Origin: Thermoplasmata archaeon
Lineage (GTDB): Archaea; Thermoplasmatota; Thermoplasmata; Thermoplasmatales; ARK-15
Reading direction: 5' to 3'
Assembly: GCA_023261755.1 (NCBI GenBank)
Contig: JAGDXS010000019.1
Coordinates: 653 to 64,652 of the forward strand
DNA length: 64,000 nucleotides
Part shown: one piece after another, positions 19,229-27,976 of the stretch
Layout of the letters: each line of letters starts with the position of its first letter
Numbering within the stretch: the stretch's first letter is position 1
Translations under genes and position numbers: made by a program
The notes under the pieces: model-generated
What the model was told of the DNA's origin: nothing
Database searches by the model: none
What the model saw: only the letters and a program-made list of their open reading frames with translations

Positions 19229-19785
19229 TCCTGGTGCATGCCTGCTGCGCACCTTGCCTTTCATCAATAATTGATGTACTGGATGAGCCATTCAAGGTCT
19301 TCTGGTACAATCCTAACATACAACCTTACAGGGAATATCTCAGAAGGCTTGATACATTAGAGAAATTTAAAAAAGAAAAAAATTTTGAAATTATTTATGA
19401 TTTTAGCTACGATCTACAGCATTGGATGGAAAATGCATCAAAATTAAATAAAAAGTCTGATGTCCTCAGATGCAGGTTCTGCTATGCTGATCGTCTTGAA
19501 AGAACAGCAAAGTATGCAAAGGAAAATGGTTTTGATAAATTTACATCATCAACGCTATATTCTCCATACCAGAAGCATGAATTGATAAGAGAAATAGGTA
19601 ATGCATTGGGCAAAAAATATGGTATTGAATTTTATTACAGAGATTTCAGGGACCTTTTTCCAAGGGGAGATGAAATAGCCAAAAAGTATGGCCTTTACAG
19701 GCAGGGTTACTGCGGCTGCATTTTCAGTGAATTTGACAAATATTCAATGAAGGTGAAATTGGATGTTCATCAAGGTATCGAATGA
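19225..19785 (+). CDS. queH: DUF208 / QueH-like epoxyqueuosine reductase homolog
   Basis: 186 aa; N-terminal HACCAPC and C-terminal GYCGCIFSE Cys motifs typical of QueH. ATGA overlap with the upstream crotonase gene. Confidence 0.75.
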   Translation: MILVHACCAPCLSSIIDVLDEPFKVFWYNPNIQPYREYLRRLDTLEKFKKEKNFEIIYDFSYDLQHWMENASKLNKKSDVLRCRFCYADRLERTAKYAKENGFDKFTSSTLYSPYQKHELIREIGNALGKKYGIEFYYRDFRDLFPRGDEIAKKYGLYRQGYCGCIFSEFDKYSMKVKLDVHQGIE

Positions 19786-20164
19786 TAGGATAGAAATTGA
19801 AAAATTAATATCCATGATAAATAATGAAAAAAATGGTGCAATTGTCACTTTTATAGGAACTGTAAGGGATTCAAATGAAGGTAAAAATGTTACAAAAATA
19901 ATTTATGATGCTTATTTGCCAATGGCTGAAATTGAGTTAGAAAAATTACTTAAAGAAACAAAATTAAAATTCAATATTCTTGATGCGTGCGTTCACCATA
20001 GGATAGGGGAATTCTATCCTGGTGAAATTGTGGTATTCATAGCAGTATCTTCAGAGCACAGGGAAGAGGCTTTCAATGCCTGCAAATATATCATTGATAG
20101 AATAAAAGAAACAGTCCCAATATGGAAAAAGGAATTTTATGGTGAGGAGAGCAGGTGGCTTTAA
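19763..20164 (+). CDS. moaE: molybdopterin synthase catalytic subunit
   Basis: 133 aa; TFIGTVRD, VPIWKKE. Confidence 0.85.
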   Translation: MFIKVSNDRIEIEKLISMINNEKNGAIVTFIGTVRDSNEGKNVTKIIYDAYLPMAEIELEKLLKETKLKFNILDACVHHRIGEFYPGEIVVFIAVSSEHREEAFNACKYIIDRIKETVPIWKKEFYGEESRWL

Positions 20165-20165
20165 T

Positions 20166-21176
20166 TCATTGAAAGTATGAAAGGTCCTGTGACTGCTTAC
20201 CCTTAACAATTTCATCCAGAAGCTTGTTTGCGCTATCCTGATCCATGCCTACCTTGTTTATAAGGAAATTGAGAAGATCTTCCCTTGTTGCACCTTTTTG
20301 CATTCTTTCCTGAATCATAAGAATAACTCTCTGAGCAAGCTGCTTATTAAATTCCTCCTCAAGTTTAAACTCCTTGATCATGAGATAGAGTGCAGTTATG
20401 AGGCCAGTTAAGGCATCACCGAATTCCTCCTTGCTTATTGAAGCCAGGTCCAATTCAGAGCTAAGGACTATTTCTTCGTTTATTCCTCTTATAACAAATT
20501 TAACAAGGCTGGTTCTGTCGTTCAAAAAAAGTAGTTTTCTTGAAATATCGAGTCTCTGGATTGGGTCAAGAAGAGCAGTTTCAAGACCTGTATGAACATT
20601 TAATTTTACGATCCTATTGGCAATCATTATATTTAAAATGAAAGGCACCTTGGGATGTTCTGCAACTATCATATTCTGATTCAACTTAACATCCCATATT
20701 AAGTTCACAGGGTCCTCTGATTTGTCAGAACCGGATGTGAGCCATTTAATGATCTCCTGTGTCCAATCTGTAACGTTCTGGCCTGCAAGTGAAATAAGGT
20801 CTGGAGCGATCTTTATAATATCATCCTCTGTTATTATGCCAACAAGTTTGCTATTTTCTACCACAGGAAGTTTCCTTATGCCCTTGCTCACCATTAATTT
20901 AGCAGCATTTTCAAGGCTTTCTGTTGGCAAAATTGATATAATGGGGGAGCTCATTATTTTATCAATTGTTTCCTTAGAAATATCAACATGCTTCAATAAA
21001 ACTTTTGTTGTAAAATCCCTTTCCGTAACTATGCCCTTTGGAAGATCATTTTCCTTCACTATTATAGTAAAGACACCCTTTTCAACCATCTTTTTTAGTG
21101 CCTCTGCAATTGTTGTATTTTTATCAATACAAATATAATTTTTTGACATTAATTCATTTACATTTTGTATTTTCAT
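20166..21176 (-). CDS. CBS-pair domain protein with C-terminal domain of unknown function
   Basis: Two CBS repeats (NYICIDKNTTIAEALKKM...; PIISILPTESLENAAKLM...IRKLPVV) followed by about 190 aa with no motif I recognise. Start taken at ATG 21176 (MKIQNVNEL...); the ORF track extends to 21263. Confidence 0.7.
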   Translation of the reverse strand: MKIQNVNELMSKNYICIDKNTTIAEALKKMVEKGVFTIIVKENDLPKGIVTERDFTTKVLLKHVDISKETIDKIMSSPIISILPTESLENAAKLMVSKGIRKLPVVENSKLVGIITEDDIIKIAPDLISLAGQNVTDWTQEIIKWLTSGSDKSEDPVNLIWDVKLNQNMIVAEHPKVPFILNIMIANRIVKLNVHTGLETALLDPIQRLDISRKLLFLNDRTSLVKFVIRGINEEIVLSSELDLASISKEEFGDALTGLITALYLMIKEFKLEEEFNKQLAQRVILMIQERMQKGATREDLLNFLINKVGMDQDSANKLLDEIVKGKQSQDLSYFQ

Positions 21177-21292
21177 ATTCCCACCATTTGAACATAATAA
21201 TAGGATATTAAAAATGTTTCTTTCTACTATTACCATAAAATATAAATAAGGTCTAGTTATCACTAATTCTACCTGTGATTGAGGATATGAAA

Positions 21293-21298
21293 GAGGTG
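21293..21298 (+). promoter_or_regulatory. Shine-Dalgarno-like GAGGTG upstream of rpl7ae
   Basis: GAGGTG lies 8 nt before ATG 21307 and only 2 nt before ATG 21301, which favours 21307 as the start. Confidence 0.5.
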
Positions 21299-21306
21299 TA
21301 ATGTAT

Positions 21307-21678
21307 ATGGCAGATAAAGCAGCATATGTAAAATTCGATGTGCCTAAGGATCTTCAGGATAAGATTCTTTCAGGCGTGGAAATGGCAAAGGAATCTGGAA
21401 AGATAAGAAAGGGTACAAATGAGGTAACAAAAGCAGTTGAAAGAAATGACGCTAAATTCGTTGTAATAGCTATGGATGTTCAGCCCCCTGAAGTGGTGGC
21501 TCATTTACCTCTACTTTGCGATGAAAAAAAGGTACCTTATGCTTTCGTTAACAGTAAAAATGATCTTGGTTCTAGGATAGGTATACAGTCAGCTGCAAGT
21601 GTTGCTGTGATCGAATTTGGAAAGAGTGAAGAGGAATTTAAAAAGATTATTGAAGAAGTAGCAAAATTAAATAAATAA
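21307..21678 (+). CDS. rpl7ae: 50S ribosomal protein L7Ae
   Basis: [46 protein letters not shown]. Confidence 0.95.
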   Translation: MADKAAYVKFDVPKDLQDKILSGVEMAKESGKIRKGTNEVTKAVERNDAKFVVIAMDVQPPEVVAHLPLLCDEKKVPYAFVNSKNDLGSRIGIQSAASVAVIEFGKSEEEFKKIIEEVAKLNK

Positions 21679-21683
21679 GGTGA
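21678..21683 (+). promoter_or_regulatory. Shine-Dalgarno-like AGGTGA upstream of rps28e
   Basis: AGGTGA lies 7 nt before ATG 21691 and overlaps the rpl7ae stop. Confidence 0.5.
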
Positions 21684-21690
21684 AAGATAA

Positions 21691-21900
21691 ATGCCAGATG
21701 AAGCTACCCCTGCAGAAGTTGTCGAGATTATGGGAAGAACAGGCATGACAGGGGAAGTTATACAGGTGAAGGTAAAGGTTCTCGAAGGTAATGACAAGGG
21801 CAGAATTATAACAAGGAATCTCGTAGGGCCCGTCCAGATTGGAGATATTGTAATGCTCAGGGAAACTGCCAGGGAAGCAAGAAAGCTAGTTGCTAGGTGA
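21691..21900 (+). CDS. rps28e: 30S ribosomal protein S28e
   Basis: 69 aa; [27 protein letters not shown]. Confidence 0.95.
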   Translation: MPDEATPAEVVEIMGRTGMTGEVIQVKVKVLEGNDKGRIITRNLVGPVQIGDIVMLRETAREARKLVAR

Positions 21901-21905
21901 TTTTC

Positions 21906-22148
21906 ATGGTAGTAAAAAGATACTGTTCATTCTGCGGAAAAGAAATAGAACCGGGTACAGGAAAAATGTATGTTAAAAGAGATGGATCAATTTTATTCTT
22001 TTGCAGCAGTAAATGCCAGAAAAATATGCTTAAACTAGGCAGGATTCCAAAAAATGTAACTTGGACGAAGGCCTATGCTGAAGAAAAGAAGGTAAGGTTG
22101 CACATGGTGAGGCAAAGTGAGCAGAACGCTGGTAATACTCAAGCCTGA
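21906..22148 (+). CDS. rpl24e: 50S ribosomal protein L24e
   Basis: [43 protein letters not shown] (21895-21900) lies 5 nt upstream of ATG 21906. Confidence 0.9.
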   Translation: MVVKRYCSFCGKEIEPGTGKMYVKRDGSILFFCSSKCQKNMLKLGRIPKNVTWTKAYAEEKKVRLHMVRQSEQNAGNTQA

Positions 22149-22560
22149 TGCAATACAGAGGAACATGGCCGGAAGGATCATTTCCAGGATTGAGGATAAG
22201 GGTCTAAAAATTTCTGCAATGAAAATGGTTTATCTTGATAAAAGAACAGCAGAAAGGCTGTATGAAGTACACAAGGGAAAACCATTTTACCAGTCACTAG
22301 TTGATTATATCACTTCTGGGCCAATAATTGCCATGGTTGTTGAAGGCAGGGACGTTATAAATGTAATAAGGAAACTGATGGGAAAAACAAATGGTGCTGA
22401 AGCGGAGCCCGGCACAATCAGGGGAGATTTTTCAACGGGCATAGAAAAGAATCTTATCCACGCAAGTGATTCGGATGAATCATTAAGGAGAGAACTACCA
22501 ATTTTCTTCTCTGAAGAAGATATAATAAAGTATAACAAGGCAGATGAATCCTGGCTCTGA
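22117..22560 (+). CDS. ndk: nucleoside diphosphate kinase
   Basis: GTG start followed at once by the conserved TLVILKPD; active-site NLIHASDS. An in-frame TGA lies 9 nt upstream, so GTG 22117 is the first possible start. Confidence 0.9.
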   Translation: MSRTLVILKPDAIQRNMAGRIISRIEDKGLKISAMKMVYLDKRTAERLYEVHKGKPFYQSLVDYITSGPIIAMVVEGRDVINVIRKLMGKTNGAEAEPGTIRGDFSTGIEKNLIHASDSDESLRRELPIFFSEEDIIKYNKADESWL

Positions 22561-23218
22561 GTTAATTGTAATCTCCGATGTTCACGCAAATATCATTGCC
22601 TTGAGGGAAATATATAAGCGTTTCAATTCCGGAATTGTAATTCATGCAGGAGATATAATAGGATACAATCCATATCCATATGAAACTATTCAATTTTTCA
22701 TAAAGCAGAAAATAAAGACCATACTTGGGAACCATGACCGTGCATTAATAAATGGTGATACATTTGGCCTGAATGAATATGCATCCATGGCTATAGAATG
22801 GACAATGCAGCATCTTGACAATTATTCAATTGAATATTTAAAATCACTCAAGAAATCAATTAAAATGAACATTTTTGGCAAGAGGGTAGCAGTTTATCAT
22901 GGTTCTCCAAAAAATGATGATGAATATATCTATGAAGAAGATCTTGAAGAAAATATCATACCTAAAGATGTGGATGTTTTAATTCTTGGTCATACACACA
23001 TTCCCTATGTAAAAAGGTTTAATGAAAAGATTGTGATAAATCCCGGGAGTGTTGGACAGCCTAGGGATGGTGACCCAAGAGCATCTTTTGTAAGAATAGA
23101 TGAGAACTGGAACGCAAGGATAGAACGCGTAGAATATGATATTGAAGAAGTTTATAAAAAAATAGAGGAATCGGGCCTTCCGGATTTTCTTGGTACAAGG
23201 CTTTTTAAAGGTATCTAA
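22544..23218 (+). CDS. metallophosphoesterase (YfcE/MJ0936-like)
   Basis: 224 aa; VISDVHAN, HAGD, GNHD, GHTH. Confidence 0.8.
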   Translation: MNPGSELIVISDVHANIIALREIYKRFNSGIVIHAGDIIGYNPYPYETIQFFIKQKIKTILGNHDRALINGDTFGLNEYASMAIEWTMQHLDNYSIEYLKSLKKSIKMNIFGKRVAVYHGSPKNDDEYIYEEDLEENIIPKDVDVLILGHTHIPYVKRFNEKIVINPGSVGQPRDGDPRASFVRIDENWNARIERVEYDIEEVYKKIEESGLPDFLGTRLFKGI

Positions 23219-23222
23219 AAAA

Positions 23223-24377
23223 TTATGAAAATTGTTTTTTGAACAATTTGTAATATAGTATAGGATCAAGGAGATTTATGAAACCTGCAAGTAAGGGTGG
23301 TAATTCTATGCTGTATGCCATAATGCTTCCTGAAACAGGTGGTGAGATTGAAGAGAATCCTGTTCTGGTGAATGAAGTAACACCAGATGAAGTAGCCCTT
23401 TCCGTCTCATCCACAATGCCCATGGAGAAGGACTGCCTTACAGGTATTGCACCCATCTGAAATCCATTTCTAATTATGAAAAGGAAAGCGGTCAAGATCA
23501 TTATGGGGCTCAGTGCTATCAATATTAATGATACTGAGGCTGTTATCCTTGACCATATAATTACCTTTAATTCATCCTCCTTTCTTATTATTAGAGGAAT
23601 TACAAGCATCATCAAAGTTGTGAATATATTAGCAATGCCAAATATTATACCTATCTGCCCTGCTGTTAAATGGAACCTGAGAGAAAACCAGAGTGAAAAT
23701 ATGGGTGAGATCAAACCTGCACCTATGCCAGATGGTATTGTGGGTATTGAAAGTTTTAATATATTCTTCCAAGATAACTTAGGAAGAAAGTGTTTCGATC
23801 TTAGCCCCGTATCCTTTATGAAAATTGTAATTCCAGCACCAAAGAAACCAAATAATGCAGCTATATAGAACAATTGGTAAACGTTAATCTTGAATATTTC
23901 CAGAGCTGGTATGGTAAATGATCCAACGACGCTTGATATCATACCTATTGCCGATGCAATTCCCAACACCTTGGAAAAGTTCTCCCTTTTTGTATATTCA
24001 GTTACCATTGCGCTCTGTATTGATCCAAATGGCCCGCCTGAACCTATGGGGCCACCACCTGTACCCGTAAAACCACCAATGCCTGACAGTAAAGCAAGCA
24101 AGGCTATGTTTTTTGTCTCAAGAAACATAAATGCTGAGATGCCGAATAATACATAAAGTATAAAAAGAACATTCCTCCTTCCATAATGATCTGCAATCAT
24201 TGAAAGTAATAATGCAAGAATTGCGTTTATTATTATTGCAGAACCTATTATTATTCCTATTGAAATTAAAGAAAAGCCTATGGACCTCAGATACAGGCTT
24301 AGGAGAACATTTAAAAAACCGTAACTGTAACTAAGAAGTGCCCTGGCACCAATTATCTTTTTTACGTTGTTATCCAT
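23223..24377 (-). CDS. MFS transporter
   Basis: 384 aa, about 12 TM helices, DHYGRRN loop motif between TM2 and TM3. Confidence 0.8.
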   Translation of the reverse strand: MDNNVKKIIGARALLSYSYGFLNVLLSLYLRSIGFSLISIGIIIGSAIIINAILALLLSMIADHYGRRNVLFILYVLFGISAFMFLETKNIALLALLSGIGGFTGTGGGPIGSGGPFGSIQSAMVTEYTKRENFSKVLGIASAIGMISSVVGSFTIPALEIFKINVYQLFYIAALFGFFGAGITIFIKDTGLRSKHFLPKLSWKNILKLSIPTIPSGIGAGLISPIFSLWFSLRFHLTAGQIGIIFGIANIFTTLMMLVIPLIIRKEDELKVIIWSRITASVSLILIALSPIMILTAFLFIIRNGFQMGAIPVRQSFSMGIVDETERATSSGVTSFTRTGFSSISPPVSGSIMAYSIELPPLLAGFINLLDPILYYKLFKKQFS

Positions 24378-24379
24378 GC

Positions 24380-24910
24380 TTAATCGCCAATTTTTTCAAA
24401 CACCAGCAAATAATGGTATTTCAAGTCTTTTTCTTTATATAATTTAAAACCTTGTGATTCAAGATCCTTTATGACCTCCTCTTTCTTTACCCTCATTGGT
24501 GGGCCGAACATCCTTACTTCATTAAAATCCATGATTGCAAAATATTTTTTAGTTATTTTCCTTATATTTTCCGATAGATTTTCTTTGCACTCCAATCTCA
24601 GACCGTGGTAAACATTAGCCATAAATGTAAGGTCATATTTCCCCTGGTCAAATTTGCATAAATCTGCCTTAATTGTTTTAATTCCAAGAGAATTCATTTC
24701 ATCAAAGTAAGAATTGTCTATATCTATAGCTGTAACAGATTTAGCATATTTAACAAATTCCTTTGAAAAATAACCGTCTCCTGCACCCAAATCCGCTATT
24801 TCCCAGTCATTTTTTATTTCAAGGAAATCTATGATCTCTTTAATGTTATACGCACTATCTCTCATTCTTCCACCATGATGGTGTCTAAAATGCATTCTTT
24901 CATCAAACAT
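24380..24910 (-). CDS. class I SAM-dependent methyltransferase
   Basis: 176 aa; motif I IADLGAGDGYFS. Confidence 0.75.
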   Translation of the reverse strand: MFDERMHFRHHHGGRMRDSAYNIKEIIDFLEIKNDWEIADLGAGDGYFSKEFVKYAKSVTAIDIDNSYFDEMNSLGIKTIKADLCKFDQGKYDLTFMANVYHGLRLECKENLSENIRKITKKYFAIMDFNEVRMFGPPMRVKKEEVIKDLESQGFKLYKEKDLKYHYLLVFEKIGD

Positions 24911-24955
24911 AATTTCACCTCTAACTCATTTATCTATATCTAACATATCTAATTC

Positions 24956-25294
24956 CTATTTAAATTTTTCTTCAATGCTTCCTAAAATGTCATCTATTAA
25001 TTTTTTCATTATTTTCAACTGTTTTTCATGTGATATTAAAAAATCCTTTCCGTGGTCTGTTATATAATAAATTTTAACATTTCTGCTTGTATCTGATAAT
25101 TTTTCCTCCTTTCTCACGCACCCTTTTTTTTCCAATGATTTTAATATTACGTATATCATACCGGGTGGTAATTTTCCCTCTATTTTATCTGAAATTTTTT
25201 TCTCTATTGCATAGCCGTGGAGAGGTCCATCAAGTAGTTCTTTTATTATGAGGATAGAAATAATACCTTTAAGCATTTTTTCCCTTTTTTCCAT
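24956..25294 (-). CDS. PadR-family transcriptional regulator
   Basis: 112 aa; LLDGPLHGYAIEKKI wHTH signature. Confidence 0.8.
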   Translation of the reverse strand: MEKREKMLKGIISILIIKELLDGPLHGYAIEKKISDKIEGKLPPGMIYVILKSLEKKGCVRKEEKLSDTSRNVKIYYITDHGKDFLISHEKQLKIMKKLIDDILGSIEEKFK

Positions 25295-25378
25295 GGTTGG
25301 ATATATATAATGATCCTATAAATAAGTTATCTATTAAAAATTAAAAAATTTTATTTAATTAATGATCATTCTTTATTT

Positions 25379-26197
25379 ATGAGAATTGCCAAATTTGAAA
25401 ATGAATATTATGCTGTCAGGGAAAATAGAATGGTAAAATTGAAATCCTTTTCAGTGAATGATCTTATGGAAAGGGAAAAAATAAAAGAAATTGAAATCTT
25501 TTTTAATGACAATATAGATCTTTCAGTTCCTGTGCCAGAAAAATTGGATCCTCCTGTTTTACCTAAAACATTAATGGGCATAGGAAGAAATTATGCAGAA
25601 CATGCTAAGGAAACTGGTCATAACGCCCCAAAGGAGCCTGTCTTCTTCTCAAAGGCTGTTACTTCAATAATCGGCCATGGCCATGATATAAAATATCCAA
25701 AAATTGTTACTCAGCTAGATTATGAGGTTGAGCTAGCAGTAATAATTGGAAAAAGGGGGAAATATATTCCAAAAGAAGATGCAATGGAATACATTGCAGG
25801 TTATACAATCATGAATGATGTAAGTGCAAGGGATCACCAATTCAGGTATGAAAATCAATGGTTTGTAGGTAAATCATTTGACACTTTCGCACCATTAGGC
25901 CCTTGGATCGTAGACAAGTATGAAATAAATGATCCTCAGAATTTGAAATTGAAGACAATGGTAAATAATGAAATAAGGCAGAATTCAAATACAATGAATA
26001 TGATTTTCAAAATAGATTTTCTTATAAACTTTATTAGCAATGTTCTTACTCTTGAACCAGGGGATATAATTTCAACGGGAACACCAAGCGGTGTTGCCAT
26101 GGGAATGAAGGAGCCTAAATTCCTTCAAATAGGTGATGTGATAGAAATGGAGATAGAGAAAATAGGGATATTAAAAAATAGGGTAATAAAAGAATAA
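25379..26197 (+). CDS. fumarylacetoacetate hydrolase (FAH) family protein
   Basis: 272 aa; IGRNYAEHAKE, DYEVELAVIIGK, STGTPSGV. Confidence 0.85.
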   Translation: MRIAKFENEYYAVRENRMVKLKSFSVNDLMEREKIKEIEIFFNDNIDLSVPVPEKLDPPVLPKTLMGIGRNYAEHAKETGHNAPKEPVFFSKAVTSIIGHGHDIKYPKIVTQLDYEVELAVIIGKRGKYIPKEDAMEYIAGYTIMNDVSARDHQFRYENQWFVGKSFDTFAPLGPWIVDKYEINDPQNLKLKTMVNNEIRQNSNTMNMIFKIDFLINFISNVLTLEPGDIISTGTPSGVAMGMKEPKFLQIGDVIEMEIEKIGILKNRVIKE

Positions 26198-26258
26198 TAT
26201 TATATTATTTTTATTAATTTACGAAATGATTAAATATGCAATTTTCATGATGTTATCT

Positions 26259-27188
26259 ATGATATCTGTTATAGGTTCTGGAAGAGTAGGAGCAACAACA
26301 GCTGCATTTTTGATGATGGGTGAAATGGATAATAATATTACACTTGTTGATATAGTGGAAGGTCTTCCTCAGGGAGAAGCGCTAGATCTTAACCACACCG
26401 CAGCAATTCTTGGAAAGGATGTAAATGTTAAAGGATCAAATAGCTATGAGGATATTAAAGGAAGCGATATTGTAATTATTACCGCTGGTCTTCCAAGGAA
26501 GCCAGGTATGACAAGAGAAGAGCTTGCAGCAAAAAATGCAGACATTGTTTCAACAGCTGCTGAAAATGTGAAAAAATATGCACCAAATGCAATTGTAATA
26601 ATAACAACAAATCCTCTCGATGTGATGGTTGCTGTTCTTTACAATAAGTTAAAATTCCCGAGGAACAGGGTAATCGGCTTTAGCGGAGTTTTGGATTCTA
26701 GGAGAATGGCTTACTATGCATCTAAATATATTGGTGTATCACCCTCTGCAATAACACCTCTAGTTCTTGGACAGCATGGTGAAAATATGTATCCTGTACC
26801 TGAGCTTTCCTTTGTATACGGAAAGAGTTTAAAGTCATTCCTTACAGAAGAACAGTATGCAAGTGTTGTGAAAAATACAATTAATGCAGGAGCAGATATA
26901 ACAAATCTTAGAAAATTTAGCAGTAATTGGGGGCCTGCAGGAGGTCTTCTGGTAATGGTAGATGCCATAAAGAAGGATAGAAAGACAGCACTTGAGGCAA
27001 GTGTTCTCTTGCAGGGAGAGTATGGTGTAAACGGATACTTTGCTGAGGTGCCGGTAATACTTGGAAAGAATGGTGTTGAAAAGATTGTTGAAGTTGACCT
27101 CACACCTGAACAGAAAGAAAAGTTCATGAAAAGCATAGATGCTATTAAAAATAATTTGAAGCAGGTTCCAGAATCATATCTAAAATAA
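26259..27188 (+). CDS. mdh: malate dehydrogenase (LDH-like family)
   Basis: MISVIGSGRVGATTA. AGLPRKPGMTR carries Arg at the substrate-discriminating position, as in malate-specific enzymes. GQHGE. The ORF track offers an 11-codon upstream extension (26226). Confidence 0.9.
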   Translation: MISVIGSGRVGATTAAFLMMGEMDNNITLVDIVEGLPQGEALDLNHTAAILGKDVNVKGSNSYEDIKGSDIVIITAGLPRKPGMTREELAAKNADIVSTAAENVKKYAPNAIVIITTNPLDVMVAVLYNKLKFPRNRVIGFSGVLDSRRMAYYASKYIGVSPSAITPLVLGQHGENMYPVPELSFVYGKSLKSFLTEEQYASVVKNTINAGADITNLRKFSSNWGPAGGLLVMVDAIKKDRKTALEASVLLQGEYGVNGYFAEVPVILGKNGVEKIVEVDLTPEQKEKFMKSIDAIKNNLKQVPESYLK

Positions 27189-27235
27189 ACTTTTTTTGAG
27201 AAACACTTATCTATTATTTTTTTATTTCATATTCA

Positions 27236-27976
27236 ATGTTCAGAGGCGTTGATGTTGGAAGTACCACCACTAAAATTATTTTCATGGAAGATAATATTGT
27301 AGATAAGGAAATACTTCCAACAATAAAGTTCATTTATTCCCCGAGAAAAAATGAATTCATGGATGCAGTTTCAACAGGTTATGGGAGATTTACAATAAAC
27401 TCTAAAAAGGTAATTCCTGAAATAAGAGCGCATGTGCTCGGTGCACTTTACCAGACTGAGTATAGGGATTTTACACTTTTAGATATAGGTGGCCAGGATT
27501 ATAAAATAGTGTATGTGAAAAATGGTGTCATCCAGGATTTTTTAACAAACGACAAGTGTGCAGCAGGGACTGGCAGATTCCTCGAAAAGATGGTCCAGGT
27601 CCTTGATATTTCAATGGATGATCTTTCTAGGCATTTTCAGGATCCCGTAAAGCTAAATTCAACATGCACAGTATTTGCAGAAACGGAATTAATTTCAAAG
27701 ATGATGGAAGGTTATCCCAAAGAAAGGTTAATTTCTGGTGTAAATTACAGTGTTTTTGAAAGACTCAAGCCATTCCTAATGAGATTTAAATCGGAACATA
27801 TTATATTTACCGGAGGTGTGGCAAAAAATTTTGCCATAAGGGAAATTATTCAAAATGAACTCGGCGTTAATTTAATTGTTCCAGAAGAGCCTCAAGCAAA
27901 CGGCGCCATTGGTTGCGCTTATTATGCAAAGAAGTTAAATCTCAGAAATCTTTCAGTTCAAGCCTATAAATCTTGA
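27236..27976 (+). CDS. BcrAD/BadFG/HgdC-type ATPase (2-hydroxyacyl-CoA dehydratase activase-like)
   Basis: 246 aa; GVDVGSTTTK, DIGGQDYK, FTGGVAKN. Two conserved cluster-bridging Cys contexts: NDKCAAGTGRFLE and STCTVFAETE. Confidence 0.8.
   Translation: MFRGVDVGSTTTKIIFMEDNIVDKEILPTIKFIYSPRKNEFMDAVSTGYGRFTINSKKVIPEIRAHVLGALYQTEYRDFTLLDIGGQDYKIVYVKNGVIQDFLTNDKCAAGTGRFLEKMVQVLDISMDDLSRHFQDPVKLNSTCTVFAETELISKMMEGYPKERLISGVNYSVFERLKPFLMRFKSEHIIFTGGVAKNFAIREIIQNELGVNLIVPEEPQANGAIGCAYYAKKLNLRNLSVQAYKS

Noticed and set aside
20722-21138. Long antisense ORFs of 120-140 aa. Examples: 20722-21138, 26714-27136, 12489-12908, 1928-2326, 23476-23868, 49144-49533, 44671-45057
   Set aside because: Each sits opposite a gene with strong family motifs. 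All have low-complexity hydrophobic/Ser-rich translations and no start context. I treat them as shadow ORFs rather than overlapping genes.
21897-22148. Extended L24e C-terminus as a frameshift or gene fusion with ndk
   Set aside because: The two frames are different and each is intact. The extension is explained by the ndk start lying inside the rpl24e 3' end.
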